A stretch of 32,000 nt of DNA from Candidatus Heimdallarchaeota archaeon (GCA_030668875.1 DAOVER010000003.1:1-32000); one strand, 5' to 3'; shown: positions 1 through 8,042, counted from the first letter of the stretch. Notes: a model not told the origin generated them from the sequence alone. Program-made: numbers and translations.

Positions 1-8
1 TTTATAAG
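1..8 (+). promoter_or_regulatory. Putative TATA box for (leaderless) tnpB
   Basis: TTTATAAG at 1-8, about 20 nt before the ATG at 29, the usual archaeal spacing. Confidence 0.4.
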
Positions 9-28
9 AATCTCTAGGTAAAGAAGAG

Positions 29-1285
29 ATGACGAAAGTTCCTAGGGTGGAATGTATAGAAGTAAAGTATCAGCCTAGTTTAAGCAAGCTTTGTCATCAA
101 GTAAAAAATCTCTATAATCGAGCGAATTTTCTGATAAAAACTTCATTGAACAAAAAGAACAAACTCCTCTTTTACATTGATCTCAACAAACTACTCAACC
201 ATGAAGAATGCTACCGTGTTCTTCCTGCTCACACTGCCCAACATACCCTCAAACTTCTTTGCAGAAATTGGAAGGGGTATTTCCGAGCGATGAAGGAGTG
301 GAAAGTCAACCCCGATGCTTTCTTCGCTATGCCCCACCCACCTAATTACAAAAAGAAGGATGGTGAAGTGGTAGCTATTTTCACTAACCAACAAGCGAGG
401 ATTGTTAATGGATGGCTGGTTTTGCCGAAAAAAGTGGGATACACTTACAAAACACGGTTGACCTCCCATACTGATTTACGAGAGGTGAGAATCATTCCAA
501 GAAGAGTAGGGTATACAATAGAATTAGTCTATCAGAAAACCTTACCTAAACTCCGCAAAAAGTTGATAAGAAAAGGCGGGGTAGATTTAGGGATGGACAA
601 CCTTGCAGCTTTTGTGGATAACCTCGGAGGGCAACCGATTGTTATCAAAGATGCAGGGAAAGGGATAAAATCCATAACCCAATACTATTTGAAAAAGCAA
701 AAACAATTACAAATTCAATATGCTCAACAACAAAGACAAAAACTGAAAGGAAAAAACCGATTGACCTATGGTCATACTTACTACAAACTCCGAGAAAAGT
801 GGAGGAGGAAATTGAAGGACGCCATCCACAAGCTCACCTGCTATTTACTTGACTTGTGGGTGGAAAGAGGTCTACACGAGGTCATCATCGGTTACAATGA
901 GAAGTGGAAACAAGGGGTGCAGTTCTGGAAGAAAATCACCCAGATGTTTGTCACCATTCCATTCTTGCGAATCATCAACATCTTGAAGTATAAAGGAGCA
1001 GAACGAGGGATAAAGGTAGAGATGATTCCCGAAGAATATACTTCCAAGTGTAGTTTCCTAGATAATGAATTTCCCCAAGCTAGGAAAAAGTATGCTGGTC
1101 GTCGAGTTACTCGAGGGTTGTTTCGAACCTCTCAAGGTCATCTCATTAATGCTGATGTCAATGCTGCATACAACATTCTACTTAAAAGCGATCCGAAAGC
1201 CTTGCCTAAACGCACGGTGAACGGGGTAGGAGGATACGTGATGTATCCACTCAGAGTGAGTATAGAATCTCTTCGTTCTACATGA
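29..1285 (+). CDS. tnpB: TnpB RNA-guided endonuclease (IS200/IS605 OrfB), RuvC-II-rearranged type
   Basis: N-terminal LCHQVKNLYNRANF; RuvC-I GGVDLGMDNLA; IIGYNEKWKQ; IPEEYTSKCSFLD; GRRVTRGLF; RuvC-III INADVNAAYNIL. Confidence 0.95.
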   Translation: MTKVPRVECIEVKYQPSLSKLCHQVKNLYNRANFLIKTSLNKKNKLLFYIDLNKLLNHEECYRVLPAHTAQHTLKLLCRNWKGYFRAMKEWKVNPDAFFAMPHPPNYKKKDGEVVAIFTNQQARIVNGWLVLPKKVGYTYKTRLTSHTDLREVRIIPRRVGYTIELVYQKTLPKLRKKLIRKGGVDLGMDNLAAFVDNLGGQPIVIKDAGKGIKSITQYYLKKQKQLQIQYAQQQRQKLKGKNRLTYGHTYYKLREKWRRKLKDAIHKLTCYLLDLWVERGLHEVIIGYNEKWKQGVQFWKKITQMFVTIPFLRIINILKYKGAERGIKVEMIPEEYTSKCSFLDNEFPQARKKYAGRRVTRGLFRTSQGHLINADVNAAYNILLKSDPKALPKRTVNGVGGYVMYPLRVSIESLRST

Positions 1286-1365
1286 TGACCTCTAAGCGCA
1301 CCATGAACCTTGCTTTGTCCAAGAGGACAAGAAGACAAATAGACATCATAAAGTAGAACATAATC
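1200..1365 (+). ncRNA. Predicted omega-RNA (right-end RNA) of the tnpB element plus flank-derived guide; boundaries approximate
   Basis: Hairpins GGATAC/GTATCC (1232-1248), ACTCA/TGAGT (1249-1261) and the terminal hairpin 1309-1334. TnpB omega-RNAs are known to overlap the gene 3' end and the right end. Confidence 0.5.
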
Positions 1366-1749
1366 ATTAACATTTTCATTTAGAAAAGTCATTCTTCTTG
1401 AAATTTTTACAGGTGTAACTTGGAACTTTTCTGCAAGATCATTGTGTGCTTGTTTTGCATTAATTGTCATTTCTCGTAATAATTTCAAATCTAGATTCTG
1501 GATTTTATTAAGAACGTTTATCTCTTGTTTAACTTCAGAAATAATGGTATCAGAAGCTTTTTCATACTTTTCTTTCCATGGCTGAATATCCCAAATCCAT
1601 TCACCTTTCTCATTATCATAAAATTCAAATTCAGGCGCAGAACTTGCTTTGAAATCCTTTCCTTGGATTTTCTCAAACTCCTCAATTAAATTCATATTTT
1701 TAATTTTAGGAACATTGCTTCTCTGTCTGGTACACTTCTTCCTTCCTTC
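1350..1749 (-). pseudogene. Internal fragment of a double Lrp/AsnC-type wHTH regulator, paralog of 2278..3384, truncated at both ends by IS ends
   Basis: SSAPEFEFYDNEKGEWIWDIQPW and LDLKLLREMTINAKQAHNDLAEKFQVTPVKISRRM align with ISYPDLERFNSETLSWNFSWDKW and IQFKILRELTSNA of the neighbouring 368-aa protein. Both ends of ORF 1138..1767 run into IS sequence. Confidence 0.8.
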
Positions 1750-1900
1750 TGATCCTCTCCCCCTCAACGCACGTGAGGGGACCCACCTAAACGACGGTTA
1801 GACCGCCTCTGGCAAGTTTGACCAAGTTTCATGACGTGCGTTATCTAACTCATTTTTACGTTCTCTAGTCCTACCTGCTACTTTTTCACACTAAACTTGT
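1750..1900 (-). ncRNA. Gene-less IS200/IS605 right end / stand-alone omega-RNA-like element
   Basis: GC-rich island. Minus strand ends CCCCTCA-CGTGCGT-TGAGGGG-GAGAGGATCA, typical of IS605 right ends. Second hairpin GGCGGT-CTA-ACCGTC; loop region 1766-1774 is perfectly complementary to 1834-1842. Confidence 0.65.
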
Positions 1901-1952
1901 TATGGAACAAATGGAAAAAACATTTATATTAGTTATTACAATGGTTCCATAA
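1900..1952. promoter_or_regulatory. 9-bp inverted repeat bracketing a BRE-TATA promoter
   Basis: TTATGGAAC (1900-1908) and GTTCCATAA (1944-1952) flank GAAAAAACA-TTTATATT (TATA 1923-1930). Confidence 0.4.
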
Positions 1953-1965
1953 GGGTGTTTGTCTA

Positions 1966-2265
1966 ATGTTATCAGTGAGAAGAAGCGCAAGAAATATGTC
2001 ACCTAAGTATATTGTTCCTGTTGATTCTAAAGAGGAAGAAGACGAATATGTCAAAGATATGTATTGCAAAAATTGTAAAGTGAAAGGTGGTGTAGAAATT
2101 GAGTTTCTCAGGGATATTGTTGAAGAGGGATACCACTATGAAGTTGCTAGGTGTATATGTGGTCGATGCAATAGACGTTTTGAAGTTAGTTTTTTTCCTA
2201 CATTTTCTAGTATCAATACAAAAATCGAAACTACTAATAACAGTATGTCAAATCATTCTTTGTAA
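1966..2265 (+). CDS. Small zinc-ribbon hypothetical protein
   Basis: CKNC ... CICGRC motifs; GGTG RBS upstream of 1966; promoter at 1923-1930. Confidence 0.7.
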   Translation: MLSVRRSARNMSPKYIVPVDSKEEEDEYVKDMYCKNCKVKGGVEIEFLRDIVEEGYHYEVARCICGRCNRRFEVSFFPTFSSINTKIETTNNSMSNHSL

Positions 2266-2277
2266 GACAAACTTACT

Positions 2278-3384
2278 CTAAATTTCTAATCCAAGTTTGG
2301 ATAGAGGTTCTTTTATCATATATCCGCTTGAGGTTTTCCAGCATTTGTTGTCAAAATCATAATTCTCATCGTAGAACCAATAATTGCGTGATCCCTTGTC
2401 TTTGGTACTTAATACATAAACCTCTACATTCTGAAGTGTGTTCCAAATTGAAAATGCAAATTCAGATGCTTGTGAAGCGCTTATATTTCCCCACATAAAG
2501 AGATTTGTCCCCTTTAGGATGTCCATTGAAACATGAAATGGTGGTGGATTATCTTTCATAAGATTGTACAGTTGGTTCTTTTTTTCTTTAGTGACTGATG
2601 ATGCGACAGCTATATATGTTTCAGTTAAATTGAATGATTTTCTGTCAATTAGCAATCTAACTTTATCTACATAGTTATCCATAACATAGTTGTAATGCCG
2701 GTGAGCATCAGTTTTACTAAGATTGAATTTCTCTTTTAACTCGCTTTGTTTCTTAGTAGCATTGGATGCATTTGAAGTAAGCTCTCTTAAAATTTTGAAT
2801 TGAATGGGTTTGTAATTTTTATAGGTGCTCTTATCTTCAGTAGTTGTTTCATGACTGGTGGGATATTTTTTCAATTTATTAAACCACTTATCCCATGAAA
2901 AATTCCAAGATAAAGTCTCTGAATTGAACCTTTCGAGATCTGGATAAGAGATTTGTCTTAAACCTGAACTTTCATAAATTCTGAAAGCATTGATATATTT
3001 TTTCTGTTTCAGTATCTGAAAATATTCTTTTAGCAAACCTAGTGTATTTGGTGGAATCTCGAATTGCATGTATAACCCAAATTTTCCCCCAAATGTTCTT
3101 GCCCGATATACCGTATATGGATGAATATCACATGACTCTTCCACTAATTTCATGGATTCTTTTGATGATACTTCCACTAAAACATGTTTTCTCTCTAATC
3201 CCAAAGTTTCAGGCTTATATAGCGCAATTGTTTTTCTAATCATCCCCCTTTCTTTTAGATTATCGAGTCTAACTTTAACAGTAGGTCTAGATAGCTTAAG
3301 TTTTTCAGCAAGTTCTGAGATAGATATGGTAGGATCTTCTACCAATGCTAGAAGTAGCTCCATATCTTTTATATTCATACCCAT
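2278..3384 (-). CDS. Transcription regulator with two Lrp/AsnC-type wHTH modules
   Basis: HTH1 ISISELAEKLKLSRPTVKVRLDNLKERGMI; HTH2 FKILRELTSNA..QSELKEKFNLSKTDAHRHY; each followed by an alpha/beta segment. Confidence 0.8.
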   Translation of the reverse strand: MGMNIKDMELLLALVEDPTISISELAEKLKLSRPTVKVRLDNLKERGMIRKTIALYKPETLGLERKHVLVEVSSKESMKLVEESCDIHPYTVYRARTFGGKFGLYMQFEIPPNTLGLLKEYFQILKQKKYINAFRIYESSGLRQISYPDLERFNSETLSWNFSWDKWFNKLKKYPTSHETTTEDKSTYKNYKPIQFKILRELTSNASNATKKQSELKEKFNLSKTDAHRHYNYVMDNYVDKVRLLIDRKSFNLTETYIAVASSVTKEKKNQLYNLMKDNPPPFHVSMDILKGTNLFMWGNISASQASEFAFSIWNTLQNVEVYVLSTKDKGSRNYWFYDENYDFDNKCWKTSSGYMIKEPLSKLGLEI

Positions 3385-3464
3385 AACTCTAACCTACATC
3401 TTCTAACTCCTTTATTCCAATAATCAATCTATCTGTTACACACTTATTTATTTAAGGTATTTTG

Positions 3465-3947
3465 TTAATAATACAAGCATATGCGAGGGATATCTTCATC
3501 GTCTCCACCAGGTGGATCAAATACACATCTATCATATGCTGTTATTCCCCATGCGCTTATGGATCCTCTGATAGATGTTTTATACCATCCCGATCCTGTC
3601 GCATGATTGAAGTAAACTAACATTGCTTCTGTTTCTTCTTTGGTAATTTTCATTTTTAGCTTGTATACATATGCTAGACCTGAAGGGAGTGTTAGTTCTA
3701 CTTCAAGATCGAGAATCAAAGTTGCTGTATCGGGGAAATCATCATTATCAAAATACAATTCTACTTCAAATTCAACAACAATGTCATTTTCTAATCCTGA
3801 ATTATCGAAGTCCATGTAGTATGCTTTTACGATATGTATATCCAATTCTGCATCAACATCACCTGCCAAAACTCCAACCGAGCTTATTGTTAAAGCAAAT
3901 AAGAAGACTGTACCAAATAAGTATTTTATTTTCTTATTGTTGTTCAT
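3465..3947 (-). CDS. Secreted/surface hypothetical protein (likely start MNNNKK at 3947; ORF extends to 4004)
   Basis: Basic then hydrophobic N-terminus (KKIKYLFGTVFLFALTISSVGVLA), beta-rich body, acidic DFDNSGLEND loop, FDPPGG near C-terminus. Confidence 0.7.
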   Translation of the reverse strand: MNNNKKIKYLFGTVFLFALTISSVGVLAGDVDAELDIHIVKAYYMDFDNSGLENDIVVEFEVELYFDNDDFPDTATLILDLEVELTLPSGLAYVYKLKMKITKEETEAMLVYFNHATGSGWYKTSIRGSISAWGITAYDRCVFDPPGGDDEDIPRICLYY

Positions 3948-4301
3948 TGTAGAACAATAGCTAACTTGTTTATTAAAAGTTGGGAAAAAAGACAAATTCT
4001 TCACGTTTTTATTGCCATTAATTTCAATTTATGCATTATCAACTAACGCAATAAATATTTTTCTTTTTCGTTATTTTGTAGTATTATGCTATTAGATACC
4101 TTTTTGTTGAATATTGACCTTGATTCACCTTCTTCCACGAGTTTTCTGTATTTACTATTCTATGTACTGCAAAGTAATACTGTTGTATTACATGTCACTG
4201 TAATTTTTCAAAAACAAACATTCTTTTCAAGTGAAATCATAAATTTTGTTCAAACGTTGGGTTTGATATCTTAAAGGTAAAAAATCAGTTAGGAGATTAT
4301 T

Positions 4302-5195
4302 TTGGTGCGACTGATGTTTAATGTTGCCAGTTTTTTAATCACATTGAGAGAAACAATTGAAGCTGTCTTGATTATCGGCATAGTATTGACTTATGTCATT
4401 AAAGTCAAGCAAGATGGACTTAAACGAGACATTTGGATAGGAACCGCTTTAGGAATAGTTCTTTCAATTGGATTTGGTATTCTATTCATTTTTGTATTAG
4501 GTAGTTTTGAAGAACATGAAAATATCATTGAAGGCTTTTCAATGATTCTAGCTACAATTTTAATGACCTTAATGATTATTTGGATGAGCGAAACTGGAAG
4601 AGATTACCAAAAGAATCTTGAATCAAAAATAGATGTAACTATTAAAAATGAACAGCTTTTTGGATTAATTGCTTTAGCTTTTATTACAGTTCTTCGAGAA
4701 GGTATAGAAACAGTAATTTTCCTTACTGGTGTTGAGGCAGTAAATGAAGTTCCAATAGACATTCTATGGTCAGGATTAACTGGGATTTTGGTAGCTTTAA
4801 TTATTGCATTGATTCTTTTCTTTGGTAGCAAAAAAATTAACTTGAAATTTTTATTTAGTGTGACTAGTGTTTTTTTAATACTCTTTGCAGCTGGAATGCT
4901 TTCTCATGGCTTCCATGAACTCCAGGAACTTGGATGGTTTGGAAATGAAACCCAGTTCTTGCAAACAATTGCATGGGATACGAGTTCATTTTTAGCTGAC
5001 AAAACAACAGAATTGGGGAAGTTTCTTAGAACACTCTTTGGGTATCAAGATAAACCAATATGGTTAGAAATCATCTCATATTTTGGCTACTTTCAATCAT
5101 TAGTTGGTCTTTTCTTCCTAGTGAAAATATTGAAAAAAAACCAGACAAAACATAAGGTAGAAACAACAGCTTTACTAGAAACTGAGGTTAGTTAG
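4302..5195 (+). CDS. FTR1/EfeU-family high-affinity iron permease
   Basis: Two RExxE motifs (LRETIE, LREGIE), multiple TM helices, GMLSHGFHELQE, LFGY motif. Confidence 0.93.
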   Translation: MVRLMFNVASFLITLRETIEAVLIIGIVLTYVIKVKQDGLKRDIWIGTALGIVLSIGFGILFIFVLGSFEEHENIIEGFSMILATILMTLMIIWMSETGRDYQKNLESKIDVTIKNEQLFGLIALAFITVLREGIETVIFLTGVEAVNEVPIDILWSGLTGILVALIIALILFFGSKKINLKFLFSVTSVFLILFAAGMLSHGFHELQELGWFGNETQFLQTIAWDTSSFLADKTTELGKFLRTLFGYQDKPIWLEIISYFGYFQSLVGLFFLVKILKKNQTKHKVETTALLETEVS

Positions 5196-5515
5196 TAATT
5201 CCTACGATAAATGCTAGCATATTTTGTTTTATATGTCCCTTCCTCCAATCTATCTGATTCTTTAGGCCATTGATAGACTTCTAGTGGAGTTTCACATTTT
5301 CCACAAACTATCTCTGTTTGTTCAGGAAGGCCACTGTCATTGTACAAAAATTTAATCTTTATTGAATGATCACAGATATAATCAGTCTTACAATAAGGAC
5401 AATGATAATAATCATAGTTGTTCGAAACCGTAGGTTTGAGTATTCCTACTGGACAGTAATAGGCATTCACAGCTTTTTTACAATCACATTTTAAATGATG
5501 TGCTATTTCTGTCAT
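5192..5515 (-). CDS. Small Cys8 zinc-binding hypothetical protein (paralog of 21516..21776)
   Basis: CDC, CP, HCPYC, C, CGKC; gapless alignment to the second copy. Confidence 0.8.
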   Translation of the reverse strand: MTEIAHHLKCDCKKAVNAYYCPVGILKPTVSNNYDYYHCPYCKTDYICDHSIKIKFLYNDSGLPEQTEIVCGKCETPLEVYQWPKESDRLEEGTYKTKYASIYRRNY

Positions 5516-5638
5516 CGAAAAGTCTAGAATGTTCCCATATTTATATTTAACTTAAAAATGAACAATAATTTTAGAAACTAATGGAATTCTAGACAAATTA
5601 TTGACCTTTTTAGTATTTATTTACATCAAAATCGCATT

Positions 5639-6247
5639 TTATAAATAAAACGCATTTATCTCCTCAAGAAGCCCATATGTTTTGGCAACCGCTTCATGAA
5701 CCTGTTCCTCGCTTTTCCCACCAGTACAAACTAAATTTCCAGATTGAAATAGAAGTAGAACATTCTTAGGTTTTTGTAAACGATAGATAAGTCCAGGGAA
5801 CTGTTCTGGCTCATACATACTATGGTCTAGCCAAAGTGCGATCAGCTCAAGATTTAATCGTTTATGGTTGAAATTACCTGAAGCAACAATATTTTGGATA
5901 ATGATTTCTGGTTCCTCTGTAATTACTACGCCCTTTCTTCTCAATATATCCGATATTTTTTTTACACCAATTTTTACATTTTCAGTAGATTTTGCTCCTG
6001 TCAGTACTAGTTTTCCTGAACTGAAAACTAGACTCGAAACTTTGGGTTTCTTAATCTTTAATATCACTCCTGGAAATTTATCTGGATAATAGCTTATGTC
6101 AACTGACTCATCATCTATTAGATTCTGATACGTTTCGACTAATTCAATAGATGTAAACAAGTCTATTGAAGCAACGATGTTTTGAATTGTTATATTGAAT
6201 TCGGGTTTTTTCATTTTAAATTGTTTTCCTTGTCCCTTTATACTCAT
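5639..6247 (-). CDS. tbp: TATA-box-binding protein (likely start MSIKG at 6247; ORF track starts 6322)
   Basis: Two TBP repeats: IQNIVAS..YYPDKFPG..LVFSSGKLVLTGAKS and IQNIVAS..YEPEQFPGLIYRL..LLFQSGNLVCTGGKS. GGTGA RBS precedes ATG at 6247. Confidence 0.96.
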   Translation of the reverse strand: MSIKGQGKQFKMKKPEFNITIQNIVASIDLFTSIELVETYQNLIDDESVDISYYPDKFPGVILKIKKPKVSSLVFSSGKLVLTGAKSTENVKIGVKKISDILRRKGVVITEEPEIIIQNIVASGNFNHKRLNLELIALWLDHSMYEPEQFPGLIYRLQKPKNVLLLFQSGNLVCTGGKSEEQVHEAVAKTYGLLEEINAFYL

Positions 6248-6441
6248 AAAGCAATTTTCACCTTGTGCATGTAAGTATTTTGATGTGTAATAAGAAATCT
6301 CACTTATCAATTGAAGCCACAAGATATCTTCAAATGAGGGCTTTTCTTGCTGTAGAAAAAAGTTTACAATAAGATAATTCAGTATCCATATTAATAATGG
6401 ATTCTGAGAAAAAACAATCTATGATGAATCCTTCTTCTCAA

Positions 6442-7128
6442 TTAGCTAATAATTTTCTCTGCCATTTCTTTATATTTTCCAGAATTAAGGGCAAAGTACA
6501 AAATTCGAAATACATAGAGGATTCTATCTGATTCTGTAAAGGTTACATCTCTAAATATCTCTTGAACCTCTTCTTCCCTTTCTTCAAATACTCGGAAGAT
6601 TTCAGTTTCAGAATCAGCGTCGATTTTAGTCATGATTTCTGCTAATTTTTCTGGTTTTGGAGGTTTTATTCCTTTAGAAAGTGATAATAATTCAGATGCT
6701 TTTGACAAATGTTTCATGCAGATTTTACATCTCCAATTGTCATCTTCCAGATTTTTTAGATAAAAGATTTTAGCTGTTCTTGCATACAGGATTTCTGTTG
6801 CTGTTTTTCCTATTACTACCCTACGGCTTGCAGGTGCTACTAAACCCACTTTGGTTAACTCTTTAATATACCTGTATATTGATTTGTCGGATCGTTCGAG
6901 CTTAAGATTCTCAATTTGCTCCTTACTTAAACCTCGTTCTTTAGCTTTTTTCAATACAATTTTATTGTAGCTGTCTTCAATTTCCTTAACTGTCTTCTGT
7001 CCATCCCTTAGAACCCAGAAGATGGGTGCATAGCTCTCATCATAAAAGATTTTCACTAATTTGGGATCGCGTACAACTCTTACTTCCTCTTGTACGAAGT
7101 CTTTATCTGGTATATCTGTGTAACCCAT
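6442..7128 (-). CDS. ArsR-like wHTH regulator with helical C-terminal domain (paralog B)
   Basis: YAPIFWVLRDGQKTVKEI..SDKSIYRYIKELTKVGLV..GKTATEILYARTAK. Confidence 0.8.
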   Translation of the reverse strand: MGYTDIPDKDFVQEEVRVVRDPKLVKIFYDESYAPIFWVLRDGQKTVKEIEDSYNKIVLKKAKERGLSKEQIENLKLERSDKSIYRYIKELTKVGLVAPASRRVVIGKTATEILYARTAKIFYLKNLEDDNWRCKICMKHLSKASELLSLSKGIKPPKPEKLAEIMTKIDADSETEIFRVFEEREEEVQEIFRDVTFTESDRILYVFRILYFALNSGKYKEMAEKIIS

Positions 7129-7263
7129 GTTATATTTCTCCTGTTCTTTTTGAATCTGTTATATTGTTGATTGAAATAAAGAAATAATTATATAAGATTA
7201 AAACTGGTGTAGAATAAGTGGAATAAGAAAATAAAACACTTCTTTGTAAATACTTTTCCTTTA

Positions 7264-7953
7264 TCATTTTTTAAGACACTTCATGAGACTTTCTTCTTTT
7301 GCTTCAGAATAGAGTGATGACACTATGCTGAGAACATATAATAGTTTCTTGCTCTCTTCAAAACCCCCTTCTGTGAGGATTTTTGAAACCTCTTCATATC
7401 TCTCATTCAGTGCATTGAAAACGTAATTATTTCCAGAATTCATTATATCAACAACTCGTTTGCTGAAGCAATTAAGATCAATTTCTTGAACATCCTCAAC
7501 AATTTGTAGTATTCTAGCAGCTCTTTGAATGATAGTTTGCCCCTCACTTTCTCTCCACCACTTATCTTCTCCGCTCTTTGGTAATATGACTTTAGCCACA
7601 CGACAATAAAGATTTTCTGTGACTGTCTTGCCTTCAACAAATCTTTGTCCACAATTAGCAACTATTCCCAAATCTGATAACTCCTTGATATAGCGATAAA
7701 TGGTTTTTTCAGAACGTTTTAATTTTTTTTCAAACTCATCTTTCGGTATATCCAGCTTGATAGCTTTATTTCTAACAATATCATTATACTTATCTGTTAT
7801 TTGTCTAACAGGCATTGGTCCTTCTCTGAGGGCCGATATTACTGGAATATATGCTGTGTCAGAAAATTTCTTAATCAGTTCTTTATCTTCTACTACCCAA
7901 ACTTCCTTTTGTTTAAAATTCTCGTCCATTATCTCCATTTTCTTTTTACCCAC
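7264..7953 (-). CDS. ArsR-like wHTH regulator with helical C-terminal domain (paralog A)
   Basis: YIPVISALREGPMPVRQI..SEKTIYRYIKELSDLGIV..GKTVTENLYCRVAK; tandem paralog of 6442..7128. Confidence 0.8.
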   Translation of the reverse strand: MGKKKMEIMDENFKQKEVWVVEDKELIKKFSDTAYIPVISALREGPMPVRQITDKYNDIVRNKAIKLDIPKDEFEKKLKRSEKTIYRYIKELSDLGIVANCGQRFVEGKTVTENLYCRVAKVILPKSGEDKWWRESEGQTIIQRAARILQIVEDVQEIDLNCFSKRVVDIMNSGNNYVFNALNERYEEVSKILTEGGFEESKKLLYVLSIVSSLYSEAKEESLMKCLKK

Positions 7954-8023
7954 TATTCCCTTACTAAAATTACCTAACGAGACTTAATAAACGTTTCTGT
8001 TTGCATAAGAACGTGCTCTCTTT

Positions 8024-8042
8024 GTGAGAACTATATTCTCAC
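8024..8042. promoter_or_regulatory. Palindromic operator candidate in divergent promoter
   Basis: GTGAGAA-CTATA-TTCTCAC, just upstream of the TATA-like CTTATATA (about 8057-8064). Confidence 0.45.

Larger units (their letters stand above)
1..1349 (+). mobile_element. IS200/IS605-family element (tnpB-only within window, IS1341-like); left end lies outside the window, right end at about 1338-1349
   Basis: tnpB followed by subterminal hairpin 1309-1334 (CTTGCTTTGTCC-AAGA-GGACAAGAAG). Beyond it the minus strand resumes an interrupted wHTH reading frame. Confidence 0.8.

Noticed and set aside
191-469. Antisense ORF in tnpB, and similar shadows (4604..4831, 5868..6089, 7700..7987, 18374..18688, 25767..26207, 30052..30579)
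   Set aside because: They overlap well-supported genes on the opposite strand and carry no recognisable motifs.
1138-1767. 209-aa ORF as an intact gene
   Set aside because: Both termini are translated IS-end sequence; only ~1350-1749 is homologous to the regulator.
1750-1860. GC-rich stretch as tRNA
   Set aside because: No acceptor stem, T-loop or cloverleaf; it fits an IS605 right end better.
6248-6322. N-terminal extension of TBP in the ORF track
   Set aside because: A GGTGA RBS precedes ATG 6247; the upstream TTG has no support.
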